From a virus (lineage: Duplodnaviria; Caudoviricetes), in IMG/VR virus record IMGVR_UViG_3300013006_000001, positions 1-58,895 of that record: a stretch of 58,895 nucleotides of DNA; one strand, 5' to 3'. Below are positions 1 to 8,650 of the stretch, piece after piece. The position numbers and the translations under genes are program-made. The notes under the pieces were generated by a model, which did not search any database, was not told the origin of the DNA, and saw nothing but the letters and a program-made list of their open reading frames with translations. How positions within the stretch are numbered: the stretch's first letter is position 1; each line of letters starts with the position of its first letter.

Positions 1-123
1 AGGTATGGCTACATGATGCTGGTCATCGGCAACAACAACAGTTGGGGCCGTGGGATCAGCGGCAAGGAGGCTTACGTCAACTGCGGAAAGCCAACTGAAT
101 GGATTGTGTATCAGGTCTACCCA
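1..123. repeat. Terminal direct repeat, left copy (circular assembly overlap)
   Basis: Identical to 58773-58895 (aggtatggctacatg...caggtctaccca). Confidence 0.97.
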
Positions 124-327
124 TTCGTGCATGTAGATGACATGGGCGGACTGACCTTGGAGTACAAGCACTTCCCGCTTGACAAGGAATGGCATTCGCT
201 TGACCAGACGATGAAGTTTGTCGGGAGAAGCAGTGGCACCAGCCACTACAACGACACCCTGAACGATGACCTGATTGCAGAACAACGCATAAGGATTACC
301 CAGAAAAGGAGGGCCAGTGATGGCTAA
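1..327 (+). CDS. Hypothetical protein, 3' part of a gene spanning the circular junction (starts at GTG 58674; ~141 aa)
   Basis: GTG at 58674 with AAGGAG SD reads in frame through the repeat into ORF 13..327. Confidence 0.8.
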   Translation, partial: RYGYMMLVIGNNNSWGRGISGKEAYVNCGKPTEWIVYQVYPFVHVDDMGGLTLEYKHFPLDKEWHSLDQTMKFVGRSSGTSHYNDTLNDDLIAEQRIRITQKRRASDG

Positions 328-823
328 GTTCAAGACCAAGGTGGTGACCGACGAGGCGCAGGTTCCTGCGTCCTTCTTCAAGCTGTCCACAAGGTACCAA
401 ACCCACAGCCGGGAACATTCCGCGCTTGTGCATGCGGTGCGGAGTGGGCATGTGCCAGCCTGCAAGCTGGTCAGAACGACCGGCGACTGGAAGACGGGCC
501 GATTGTTCCTGTGTGCTGCTTCCGCCGAGGCGTTCCTGCTGGAGCGGTTCGCACCCAAGCCAGTGCATCCGACCATGGATGTGTCTTCCGTTGAGGAACT
601 GGTTGCGACTGTGCCTGAGCCCGAAGACAATGGGATGACAGGCGAGCAGGCCATTGCCCTGACTGCCCGTTTGCGACACCTTGAGATTGCAATCCACGAC
701 CTGACTGCAGCGATGCAGCTTCAGACCGAGGCGTTGGCGAAGAGCCAGAAGAGCGAGTACGAGTACGGTTTCGTGGACCCTGCGGGAGTATGGCACGGCG
801 AACTCCCAGAAGGTAGTGCTTGA
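317..823 (+). CDS. Hypothetical protein
   Basis: 168-aa ORF, AAGGAGG SD upstream, overlaps previous stop. Confidence 0.75.
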   Translation: MMAKFKTKVVTDEAQVPASFFKLSTRYQTHSREHSALVHAVRSGHVPACKLVRTTGDWKTGRLFLCAASAEAFLLERFAPKPVHPTMDVSSVEELVATVPEPEDNGMTGEQAIALTARLRHLEIAIHDLTAAMQLQTEALAKSQKSEYEYGFVDPAGVWHGELPEGSA

Positions 824-848
824 CATCAAGTACGGTGTCGAGTAGGAT
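820..848 (+). promoter_or_regulatory. sigma70-type promoter
   Basis: TTGACA (820-825), 17 nt, TAGGAT (843-848), upstream of the DUF932 gene. Confidence 0.65.
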
Positions 849-878
849 TCGATGAACCCCAACCAAAGAGGTGATTGC

Positions 879-1613
879 ATGAGCAAAGGATTGATACTGC
901 ACGCGGGTGCAAAGCAGGCCGACTACGATGCGGTCTGTGAGGTGGTGACTCCCGTGGCAACGGACACATGGTGCCCGGTTCCACACGACCTGCTTATCCG
1001 GCAGGTAACCCAGACACTGAGCAGCACGGGCATCTCCGTTGTTGAGCAGTCGTTTGGCCTGAGCAAGGATGGCATGAAGATGTTTGGTGTGATGACCTTG
1101 GGTGGGGGCAGCGACTATGCCGCCACGCTGGGCATCCGCAACAGCCACGACAAGACCTTCCCGATTGGTCTTGCCTTGGGAGCAAGGGTGTTTGTGTGCG
1201 ACAACCTGTCGTTCAGCAGCGAGGTTGTGATCAAGACCAAGCACACACGGCATGTGCTCACTCGCATGTCCTCACTGGTCAGCACCGGTGTGGCCAAGCT
1301 GATTGACCGACGCCGCAGTCAGGACGAGCGGATTGCCCTCTACAAGGAGACGGAAGTGCGGGGCCTGCCCCACCTCCACGACCTTGTGCTCAGGACATAC
1401 CGCAGCAAGGCCATCCCGGCAGCAGCTATCCCGCTGATTCTTGATGAGGTGGAGAACCCTCATCACCCAGAGTTCAAGGAGCCCACACTGTGGAGCTACT
1501 TCAACTGCGTGACCGAAGTTCTCAAGGGTTTCGCAGACGTTCAGTCCCGGACGCAGCGGTTGCACGGTGTCGTTGACGCCGACTGCCCGTCCCTGCTTGC
1601 AGTCTCTGTCTAG
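879..1613 (+). CDS. DUF932 family phage/plasmid protein
   Basis: LGIRNSHDK...GARVFVCDNL...KHT and TLWSYFNCVTE motifs typical of DUF932; GAGGTG SD. Confidence 0.85.
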   Translation: MSKGLILHAGAKQADYDAVCEVVTPVATDTWCPVPHDLLIRQVTQTLSSTGISVVEQSFGLSKDGMKMFGVMTLGGGSDYAATLGIRNSHDKTFPIGLALGARVFVCDNLSFSSEVVIKTKHTRHVLTRMSSLVSTGVAKLIDRRRSQDERIALYKETEVRGLPHLHDLVLRTYRSKAIPAAAIPLILDEVENPHHPEFKEPTLWSYFNCVTEVLKGFADVQSRTQRLHGVVDADCPSLLAVSV

Positions 1614-1626
1614 AAAGGACAACCAG

Positions 1627-1869
1627 ATGATCAGCGCCAAAGAGTTTGCCATTGCATACCGCAATGCCATGGACAGTGGGTGGACCTACAAGGAACTGGC
1701 CGACCACCTTGGGATTGAAGTGCAGGCATTGCATGTCAAGATTCACGGGTATCGGAAGGAAGGCAAGAAGCTGCCGAAGCTGAAGTCTTCCGCCCGTTCC
1801 AACGGTGACCGTGAGCAGCGGACCAAGGAGTTCAATGACATCATCGCGGCCAAGAGGAGCTATCGTTGA
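1627..1869 (+). CDS. Small basic helix-turn-helix DNA-binding protein
   Basis: WTYKELADHLGIEVQALHVKI HTH-like segment; AAAGGA SD. Confidence 0.65.
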   Translation: MISAKEFAIAYRNAMDSGWTYKELADHLGIEVQALHVKIHGYRKEGKKLPKLKSSARSNGDREQRTKEFNDIIAAKRSYR

Positions 1870-2297
1870 GAACACACAACCCCGAAGAGGATGAGGGCCA
1901 GCCAGTTGACATGAGGTTGACTGACATTGACATCATCCAAGACCTGTTCTATTCCGATGCGATGGGCAAGCGGTTGAACTACCTAGTCAACGCACGCAAG
2001 TACGTTGCTGCGATGAGGGACCTACGCATCCTGTGCAGGTCTTCGTCCAGTGATCCGTTTGACATCGCGTCTGAGTGGAGAAGGCTGTGCGGAATCGTTG
2101 GCGATTCGTTCATGGCAGACCTGTTGTCCACCCCCTTGGAGTGGCAGCAACTGGTCTACCTGTGTGACGAGGTGGTCAAGCCGTGGCAGCACCACGACGA
2201 TTACGTTGTGGTCTGGATGCAGAAGGACGGCAAGGTTGTTGCCCGCCGTTCAGAGGATGGATTCTACAGTTTCACTGTCGAGAACAAGGAGTTTTGA
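1866..2297 (+). CDS. Hypothetical protein
   Basis: ORF coupled to previous stop, GAGGAG SD. Confidence 0.7.
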   Translation: MRTHNPEEDEGQPVDMRLTDIDIIQDLFYSDAMGKRLNYLVNARKYVAAMRDLRILCRSSSSDPFDIASEWRRLCGIVGDSFMADLLSTPLEWQQLVYLCDEVVKPWQHHDDYVVVWMQKDGKVVARRSEDGFYSFTVENKEF

Positions 2298-2298
2298 T

Positions 2299-2397
2299 AT
2301 GATTGGCCTCATCATGGCGGTGTCAGAGAGCGTTGACTTCTTGTTCTGTGCGGTGGCAGTAGGGATCATCTTGGTCCTGTCCTGTGTGACACGGTAG
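2299..2397 (+). CDS. Small membrane peptide (32 aa)
   Basis: AAGGAG SD; hydrophobic segment FLFCAVAVGIILVLSC. Confidence 0.5.
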   Translation: MIGLIMAVSESVDFLFCAVAVGIILVLSCVTR

Positions 2398-2596
2398 AGT
2401 TCGGCAGGCTATCGGGAATCTCGGTGGCCTGACCATGCGGCGCTTGCGGCGGGGTGTGCGGCTTTGGCTTTTTGTGCGGCACCCCGCCGCCGCTGCACCA
2501 TCATCCCGAAATCTGTTTCGGGATCATCACAAGAAACGCTGGAAAACAAGGTGTGACACATGCGGGGGACTTGCTGTGTAGTTGCGGGGTCGCCGA

Positions 2597-2637
2597 CGCT
2601 GCACCATTCCAGATTCAAGAAGGTGACACATGCCATT
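2597..2637 (+). repeat. 41-bp leader/RBS repeat, copy 1
   Basis: cgctgcaccattccagattcaagaaggtgacacatgccatt; 36/41 identical to 3670-3710. Confidence 0.9.
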
Positions 2638-3643
2638 CGATGATTTGACGACGCTGCCGAAGCCGGAAGACTGGCCGCCGCACATCCGCCCTCGTGAGGC
2701 TGGTGTTGAGCCAACCAAGACGCCGGTGGCGTGGGCCGTGGAGAGCCGGCGCGGGATTGAGGGCTTGTATATTTTGCAGTCGGTCGCGTGCGACAGGGCA
2801 ACTCATTGGGGCGAGGAATGCCGCGTTTTTCCACTTTACGCCGCACCTGTCGCGGTTCCGGCGGATCAACCGCCGAAGCCCTCCGGCGTTAACTTCGCCT
2901 TCGCGCTTGCTGCGGACGTTGTTCGATGTGTCGCCGAAATTGAGAAAGAGCGACACGACGCGGCGACGTGTTGCGGGGAGCGACAGGTGACGGCTAAACC
3001 CGTGGAAATCGACGGAGATAAGCCGGACGTTGGCGAGGGGTGGCGCTGGCTCAATAACGAGTGCCTGCGTCCGGGCGACATGGTGCTGATCCATCCAAGC
3101 CACGGCGACCCGCACGAAGAATGTTATTTCATGGAAATTGATGCCGAATTAATCGGAAGCACATCGGGGCCTTCCGGCAACTTCCGCCGCCGCGTGACGC
3201 CAGAGACAAAGGCGCCGCCGGACTCGCAAGAACAAAGGGATTCTGACGCTTGGCGGCGGCGGGCGTACAAGCTAGCGGACGAGAACACCGCGCTCCGCAG
3301 CGAGGTGGAGCGGCTGAAGAAAAGCGAGGCGGCCCTGCGGGCGGGGCTGGCAAACCTGCGAACAGGGCTAGCGGAGGCGAAGAACACAAACTTGGTGGAC
3401 TACATCGACGCCTTGCTTAGTGACGCATGGCGACAGCACGAAGAGATTGAGGAACTCCGCAGCGAGGTGGAGCGGCTGCGGCTGGTTGGCAGCGACTCGC
3501 AGATTCTCAAACGCGCCGCACAGTTGATGTGCGAACACGAACCGCATTTTCTATTCAGCATCAACTCAATGCTTGGCGTTGCCGACAAACTCGACGGCAA
3601 GAGCGTTGCTCTGGACGTTGAGCGGACGGTAGGTGGCTCATGA
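2630..3643 (+). CDS. Mosaic accessory protein with coiled-coil LRSEVERL repeats
   Basis: 337-aa ORF starting inside the leader repeat; two LRSEVERL segments. Confidence 0.75.
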   Translation: MPFDDLTTLPKPEDWPPHIRPREAGVEPTKTPVAWAVESRRGIEGLYILQSVACDRATHWGEECRVFPLYAAPVAVPADQPPKPSGVNFAFALAADVVRCVAEIEKERHDAATCCGERQVTAKPVEIDGDKPDVGEGWRWLNNECLRPGDMVLIHPSHGDPHEECYFMEIDAELIGSTSGPSGNFRRRVTPETKAPPDSQEQRDSDAWRRRAYKLADENTALRSEVERLKKSEAALRAGLANLRTGLAEAKNTNLVDYIDALLSDAWRQHEEIEELRSEVERLRLVGSDSQILKRAAQLMCEHEPHFLFSINSMLGVADKLDGKSVALDVERTVGGS

Positions 3644-3669
3644 GATCATCCGACATCGCCGCCCGCTGC

Positions 3670-3710
3670 CGCTGCACCATTCCAGATTACAGAAGGTGGA
3701 AAATGCCATT
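3670..3710 (+). repeat. 41-bp leader/RBS repeat, copy 2
   Basis: cgctgcaccattccagattacagaaggtggaaaatgccatt. Confidence 0.9.
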
Positions 3711-3721
3711 GGAGAATAATA

Positions 3722-4093
3722 ATGAGTAACCACGTTTGTGAAATAGATAAAACTTGTGCTTGTTCTATTGTCGGTCTGGAGCCTAATGAAAAATGTCCTA
3801 TGCATGGTGCTGGAGAATATCCTCCCCGATGTGCAGATTGCGGGAAATTTATCGCAAAAAGAGAAAACGCGGAGACGCGGGCGAGCAGTCGCCAGTACGT
3901 CAACGAAGACAACATGAAGCTGCGGGCAGAGAACGCCGCGCTTCGCAGCGAGGTGGAGCGGCTGCGGCTGCGACCGGATGAGGTGGAGGCTATTATCGTT
4001 GCGTCAATAGAAGCAAACGCGCTGGTTGTCCACGAAACAGCCCATTCGCAGTCGCTCCGCAATCTGTTGGCAAGGCATGGAGGTGGGCAGTGA
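3722..4093 (+). CDS. Cys-rich (zinc-binding) accessory protein with ALRSEVERL coiled coil
   Basis: CAC...CPMHG...CADCG N-terminus; third copy of the ALRSEVERL DNA repeat (3929-3970). Confidence 0.7.
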   Translation: MSNHVCEIDKTCACSIVGLEPNEKCPMHGAGEYPPRCADCGKFIAKRENAETRASSRQYVNEDNMKLRAENAALRSEVERLRLRPDEVEAIIVASIEANALVVHETAHSQSLRNLLARHGGGQ

Positions 4094-4302
4094 AGAGTCT
4101 ACTTAGAACTGCGTCGATAGGTCTTGGTGTCATAGGCATGGTTGGCTTGGGCTGGCCATTCATGTACGCCAAGGCGTTCACTGTGCCTCACGGGGACGCT
4201 GACGGCATCCTGTTCCTATACCTGTTCCTGTTTCCTTGGGCGCTGATCATGTTGATTGGCAGCGGGTTCCTGTGGTATCTCAGCAGAGAGGATGAGCAAT
4301 GA
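4090..4302 (+). CDS. Two-TM membrane protein
   Basis: Two hydrophobic helices; GGAGG SD; GTGA overlap. Confidence 0.7.
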   Translation: MKSLLRTASIGLGVIGMVGLGWPFMYAKAFTVPHGDADGILFLYLFLFPWALIMLIGSGFLWYLSREDEQ

Positions 4303-4592
4303 TGAATGACGTTGACTTGGCGCTGACCATCTGCACTGCAAGCAGGTGGTTGGATTGCAATGGGCTGGACAAAGAGGACGCCGACCACATCAAGCAGTCG
4401 CTGCGAGATGGTGCCGCTCGCCTGATTGAACTCTCTAGGAATGAGCGGGAGGTGACGGCACAGAGCGAGGCTCTGGCCACCATGCAAAAGCAGTTGCAAG
4501 AGATGTGGGATGCTGTCAAAATGCAGAACTTCTTTGAGAAGATTGACAAGCAGTTGGAAGTGTGGACATCTGATCAACCAGTGGAGGAATGA
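4299..4592 (+). CDS. Hypothetical coiled-coil protein
   Basis: ATGA-coupled ORF in operon. Confidence 0.7.
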   Translation: MMNDVDLALTICTASRWLDCNGLDKEDADHIKQSLRDGAARLIELSRNEREVTAQSEALATMQKQLQEMWDAVKMQNFFEKIDKQLEVWTSDQPVEE

Positions 4593-4936
4593 TGGCAGAA
4601 GAACGAGCGATTCACCCAGCCTCTCAGGAGTTCCTCAAGATTCTGGAGGACATCCGGTCACTGCACTTGGCCAAGTCCAAGGACTACGGCTCAGACACAG
4701 ACCCCTTCGCCAACATCCGCAACGGGGCAGAGTTCGTTGGTATCAGTCCATGGAGAGGGTGCATGGTCAGGGTGTGCGACAAGATTCAACGGCTCAAGAC
4801 CTACTGCCAAAAGGGCACGTTGGTGCATGAGTCTGTTGAGGACACGCTGATGGACCTCGCTTGCTATTCCATCCTGTGTTTGGTACTCCACCGTGAAGGA
4901 GAGAGTGATGCCCGACCAGATGCTGCCGCTCAGTGA
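4589..4936 (+). CDS. DUF1599 / nucleotide-modification-associated domain 1 protein
   Basis: KSKDYG...RVCDKIQRL...ESVEDTLMDLACYSI pattern. Confidence 0.75.
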   Translation: MMAEERAIHPASQEFLKILEDIRSLHLAKSKDYGSDTDPFANIRNGAEFVGISPWRGCMVRVCDKIQRLKTYCQKGTLVHESVEDTLMDLACYSILCLVLHREGESDARPDAAAQ

Positions 4937-5123
4937 GGATGACATAGCACACATGACTCACCGCATGAGGAAGTGTGGCAGTGCGAACTGCTGGACAGGA
5001 ACGAGCGGCACGCTTGCGAACGACGTTCGTCTGCTGCTGCAGGAAAGGGCAAGACTGTTGAACGAACTAGCAAAGAGGAGTGAAGATGACCAGAGCATTC
5101 GGGTACGGGAGGGTATCGACTAG
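4893..5123 (+). CDS. Hypothetical protein
   Basis: Short ORF bridging DUF1599 and recombinase; start may be 4908. Confidence 0.6.
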   Translation: MKERVMPDQMLPLSEDDIAHMTHRMRKCGSANCWTGTSGTLANDVRLLLQERARLLNELAKRSEDDQSIRVREGID

Positions 5124-5847
5124 CGAGCAAGGCAACTCCATCGACAATCAGGAACACCGGCTCACTGAGTACATCAAGAGCAAGGGATGGGAGCTTGGTG
5201 GCATCTACCTCGACGAGGCGGTGTCAGGCAAGAAGGTGGAGGTGGCCAACCGCAAGGCTGGCAAGAAGCTGTGGGACCAGCTACGGGCAGGGGACTGGGT
5301 GATCCTCACCCACCTTGACCGTGCGTTCAGGTCCTCCAAGGATGCACACAACACGCTCTCTGCGTGGATGAAGCTGGGCGTCAAGGTGTACTTCCTTGAC
5401 ATCGGCTGCGACCTCGACACCAGTGAGGGCAGGCTGCTGTTCGGTGTGCTTGCATCCTGTGCTGAGTATGAGAGCAACTGCATTGGCATGAGACAGAAGA
5501 ACATCTGGGCCTACATGCGGCGCAATGGCGTGGCCTATGGCAACGCCCGTCCCTTCGGCTGGATCAAGAAGGATAGGGTCTTGGTGCCGTGCAACAAGGA
5601 GCGTGAGGTTGGCGACTTGGTCGTTCAGCTACGCAAGAAGTTCATGAGTTGGGAGCAAACAGCACTGGCTGTCCTGCACGCTGGCCACCGCAGGCCGCAT
5701 GCAATCAGGGGCCATGGCTACTACAGCCCGTCAACACTGGTCAGTTTGCACCGCGCCGCTCAAGCTGGATACCCAAAGAAACCGCAAGCGTTTTGGCAAG
5801 CCGACGCGAACGCAAGGAAGCAATCCGCAAAGGCAGGTCATGCTTGA
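5080..5847 (+). CDS. Serine recombinase (resolvase/invertase family)
   Basis: YGRVST catalytic Ser motif, DEAVSG, LDRAFR, GRLLFGVLASCAEYE helix E; no large-integrase C-terminal domains seen. Confidence 0.92.
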   Translation: MKMTRAFGYGRVSTSEQGNSIDNQEHRLTEYIKSKGWELGGIYLDEAVSGKKVEVANRKAGKKLWDQLRAGDWVILTHLDRAFRSSKDAHNTLSAWMKLGVKVYFLDIGCDLDTSEGRLLFGVLASCAEYESNCIGMRQKNIWAYMRRNGVAYGNARPFGWIKKDRVLVPCNKEREVGDLVVQLRKKFMSWEQTALAVLHAGHRRPHAIRGHGYYSPSTLVSLHRAAQAGYPKKPQAFWQADANARKQSAKAGHA

Positions 5848-6274
5848 CGGCAATCGCCCTGATGGTGCAGCCATCTAGGAACCTGTCGCCAGCAATGGCC
5901 CTGTCGCATTCGGGCAGGGCCTCAATGGCAAGGCGTATGAAGTTGACCTCATCAAACTCAGGAAGCTGGTACTCAGCCTGCTCTATGCTGACCCTGACCC
6001 CGGGCACTCGCGTTGTCTTCTTGATGCTCTTGAGCATGGAGTTCAAGATGGCACGGGCGAAGTACGCCTTGGGGTAAGGCAGGCGGGCTGGGTCATAGGT
6101 GCGTGCTGCCTTGACCAGCGCGAGGTAGCCGTCACCTTCAAGGTCTTCGACGTACATGGACCGCTGCCAGCTAGGGCGTGACTGGACAAAGTACCTAGCC
6201 AGATTCCTGACTAGGTGCATCCACTCGTCAATTAAGGCGAGGTGTCGCTTTGATAGCTTTGATCTCTTGCTCAT
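5741..6274 (-). CDS. Phage-encoded sigma70-family sigma factor (regions 2 and 4)
   Basis: LVRNLARYF...EDLEGDGYLALVKAARTYDP (region 2); AIEALPECDRAI...TIRAIA (region 4 HTH). Confidence 0.85.
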   Translation of the reverse strand: MSKRSKLSKRHLALIDEWMHLVRNLARYFVQSRPSWQRSMYVEDLEGDGYLALVKAARTYDPARLPYPKAYFARAILNSMLKSIKKTTRVPGVRVSIEQAEYQLPEFDEVNFIRLAIEALPECDRAIAGDRFLDGCTIRAIAVKHDLPLRIASLRSRRLAKTLAVSLGIQLERRGAN

Positions 6275-6452
6275 GGTGGTCGAGACGAACCTCATGTTCC
6301 TTGAGTTCTGCCTTCAGTTCCTCCAGCATCCTTGGCAGCGACTGGATTGTGTCGGCAATCACAGCAACCTTGGCATGTATGGAGAAGGCCCAAGGCACAA
6401 TGGCTGCGCCGAGAGAGATCACCAGCAACCACACCTCTGTCTCTGGGCTCAT
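6228..6452 (-). CDS. Holin-like single-TM + coiled-coil protein
   Basis: WLLVISLGAAIVPWAFSI TM followed by LEELKAELKEHEVRLDHHE; in late cassette. Confidence 0.55.
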   Translation of the reverse strand: MSPETEVWLLVISLGAAIVPWAFSIHAKVAVIADTIQSLPRMLEELKAELKEHEVRLDHHEQEIKAIKATPRLN

Positions 6453-6679
6453 CAGAAATCTCCGTTCACCATGCTCAACAAAATTTTCCCAGCCACCTTG
6501 GCTATCTTCCCTGTTCTCATGTGGCCAAGGATTACGTCGATGACCTGTTGCTCTTGCCCTTCCGCAAAGCTGTACAAGTGGCAATGACCACCGTAGGTTG
6601 CGGAGATTCTCAGGATAGACTCTCCTGCGCCTGAGCTTTCATTTCGTTCCAGTCTGTTTTTTTCCGGTTCGTAAACCAT
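6452..6679 (-). CDS. Hypothetical protein
   Basis: Short ORF coupled to downstream gene; start uncertain. Confidence 0.5.
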   Translation of the reverse strand: MVYEPEKNRLERNESSGAGESILRISATYGGHCHLYSFAEGQEQQVIDVILGHMRTGKIAKVAGKILLSMVNGDF

Positions 6680-6933
6680 TTGACGAGCCACTGCGAGATG
6701 ATTGAGATGATGATGGGCAGGACAATCATGGTGAAGATGAAGCCACAACGCCTGTCTTCTTTCACCTTGTTGGCGATAGCTCTCCGGTATTCCTTGATGC
6801 GAACTTCACCTTCAGGGTAGACAGCAATGCCAGCCAGCGCAATTCGTTTTGCGTGGCGAGACATTTCGTCGGCTCTGGTTTGTTCGACGCACAGGTCAGC
6901 AATGCCACTGGCTGTCACTTCTTCTTCTTGCAT
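6610..6933 (-). CDS. Membrane protein
   Basis: FIFTMIVLPIIISIISQWLV TM segment. Confidence 0.65.
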   Translation of the reverse strand: MQEEEVTASGIADLCVEQTRADEMSRHAKRIALAGIAVYPEGEVRIKEYRRAIANKVKEDRRCGFIFTMIVLPIIISIISQWLVKWFTNRKKTDWNEMKAQAQESLS

Positions 6934-7130
6934 ACACAATCCTCTGGACAAATACAGAACGTCCTGTGCCCGTCTCCATGCACAATAAACCCTTTGCCTT
7001 TGCATTCAGCACAGCACTTGGCAGGGACCGGCTCAACTTTTTTTTCTACCATTGCATACGCAGAATATACTGCCACCTCACTGGGGAGGGGCCCCCGTAT
7101 ACCTGCAAAAAACATGAGAAGGTACATCAT
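6915..7130 (-). CDS. Small Cys-rich protein with DnaJ-like CxxCxGxG zinc finger
   Basis: CAECKGKG...CICPEDCVC; hydrophobic N-terminus. Confidence 0.65.
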   Translation of the reverse strand: MMYLLMFFAGIRGPLPSEVAVYSAYAMVEKKVEPVPAKCCAECKGKGFIVHGDGHRTFCICPEDCVCKKKK

Positions 7131-8023
7131 CGCTTCAGCATCCCGATGGTTCCAAGGTCTGGCAGCGTTGTCTGTGGGTAGCCCTGCACATCTGAGTAGG
7201 CCCAGCAGTCGCCGTTGTCCACGCAGATGGCAGCATCATCCGCACGGGAGATGATCATCCCGGGGACAGGGGCAGGGTAGTCAGACGGCCAGTCGTCTGG
7301 CTGGACATTCCACGCACCCCAAGACTGCATCAGGAAGATGACATCGAACGGCCAGAACTGGCGGGTGTAGTCGTAGCCGCCGATGTGCATGTCATGGCCC
7401 CACCCCTTAGATACTCTGGGGTGGTAGTTGCCCTTGGGGTTCTGCGACCACGCAGCCGTCTGGCCTGAGTGGACTCCATACCCGTTGTAGAGGGCATCGC
7501 ATAGGTCTTCCATCGTCTTGATCTGGGTGATGGTGCCGACCTTGTGCTCACTGCACAGTGCCTTGACTGCTGCCGGGGGGCCGCTGCCATTGCCCCACCG
7601 GTTGCCAATGGAGAAGTTGTACTTGCTCAGGTCTACGGCATCGTATTTCTTGCGGGCGAGGAAGCCTACGTCCCGAACGAACCGGGCAGCGCGGGCTGGG
7701 CTCATGCCCTCACCCCCTCCACGGGCTCCGTATGTGGGCTCTGTGGCCCCTCTGGCGAACCATTCCTCTGCAGACCGCCCTGACAGGATACCTGCCGCCC
7801 TAGCTGAATCCCGGGCGTTCCTGTCGCCATGGCTGGTGCAGTCCGGTCCTGTCTGCACCTCGCTGAAAGCCAGCGGGTCGAGCGCCAACTGGTACTGCCA
7901 GAGCATGGCGCGCTTGCCCTTGCCTGATCCCGGGGCACAGGAGAAATACTGGACGGGCTGGCTGGCGAGGAAGCTGTCCTTCTCTCGCTCGTCCGGCACG
8001 TAGCCTTGGAACATCTCACTCAC
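7127..8023 (-). CDS. Papain-like cysteine peptidase (C1 family)
   Basis: QTGPDCTSH (oxyanion Gln + catalytic Cys), WGHDM (His), MQSWG (NSWG-equivalent). Confidence 0.8.
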   Translation of the reverse strand: MSEMFQGYVPDEREKDSFLASQPVQYFSCAPGSGKGKRAMLWQYQLALDPLAFSEVQTGPDCTSHGDRNARDSARAAGILSGRSAEEWFARGATEPTYGARGGGEGMSPARAARFVRDVGFLARKKYDAVDLSKYNFSIGNRWGNGSGPPAAVKALCSEHKVGTITQIKTMEDLCDALYNGYGVHSGQTAAWSQNPKGNYHPRVSKGWGHDMHIGGYDYTRQFWPFDVIFLMQSWGAWNVQPDDWPSDYPAPVPGMIISRADDAAICVDNGDCWAYSDVQGYPQTTLPDLGTIGMLKR

Positions 8024-8429
8024 ATTGCACCTTCACTGCTAGGCAGTTGTCGTGCAGCTTGTCTGCTACTGTCGAGCCGTCTCCCAACTCTTTATTGAGT
8101 GGCAATGGCTCCAGCCCTACGCCCTCCAGCAGTAGGGTGTCGATGGCTTTGTCCAATCCGGGGTACTTCCCTACGATTGGCTTCTTCGCAAACGCCAGAT
8201 GCAGGGCCTGCTTGTTCATGAGCCGCCATGTCGGCGTGTCCTTGATCAGGTCGCCGCCGTCTCGCTGGGTGATGTCAGCCAACGCTCCGTAGTATGCGGC
8301 CAGATCACGCCGCTCTTCACGTGTGGCTCCACGCATCTTCTTGGATACTTCGCCGCTCTTGTCGCCGCTGGCTGGCACGAACGACAGAGCAAGCAGCATG
8401 GCACAGACTGCGAGCGGGATGTACTTCAT
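8016..8429 (-). CDS. Exported protein with signal peptide/anchor
   Basis: MKYIPLAVCAMLLALSFVPA signal-like N-terminus. Confidence 0.7.
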   Translation of the reverse strand: MKYIPLAVCAMLLALSFVPASGDKSGEVSKKMRGATREERRDLAAYYGALADITQRDGGDLIKDTPTWRLMNKQALHLAFAKKPIVGKYPGLDKAIDTLLLEGVGLEPLPLNKELGDGSTVADKLHDNCLAVKVQCE

Positions 8430-8650
8430 GGAGCCACCTGCAGCAGGGCATGCAGCAAGGCGTTGCATGCAGCAATGACTTCCTTGTCGGTTGATTCGTC
8501 CCTGATCCTCACGATGCTTTCAATGGCATCAAGGGACTTGGGCTTTGAGGATGGCCTACTGTTGTACATCGCAATCAGCTTTGGCCCGAGCGCCGTGGCA
8601 ATTCCAACGATGAGCAACAGGATGATGGCAAGGACTTGATATTGTGTCAT
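8426..8650 (-). CDS. Small membrane-anchored protein
   Basis: VLAIILLLIVGIATALG TM. Confidence 0.7.
   Translation of the reverse strand: MTQYQVLAIILLLIVGIATALGPKLIAMYNSRPSSKPKSLDAIESIVRIRDESTDKEVIAACNALLHALLQVAP

Noticed and set aside
2480-3970. CRISPR array or integron attC array
   Set aside because: Repeats are few, irregularly spaced, partly coding and lack attC core sites; no cas or tyrosine integrase.
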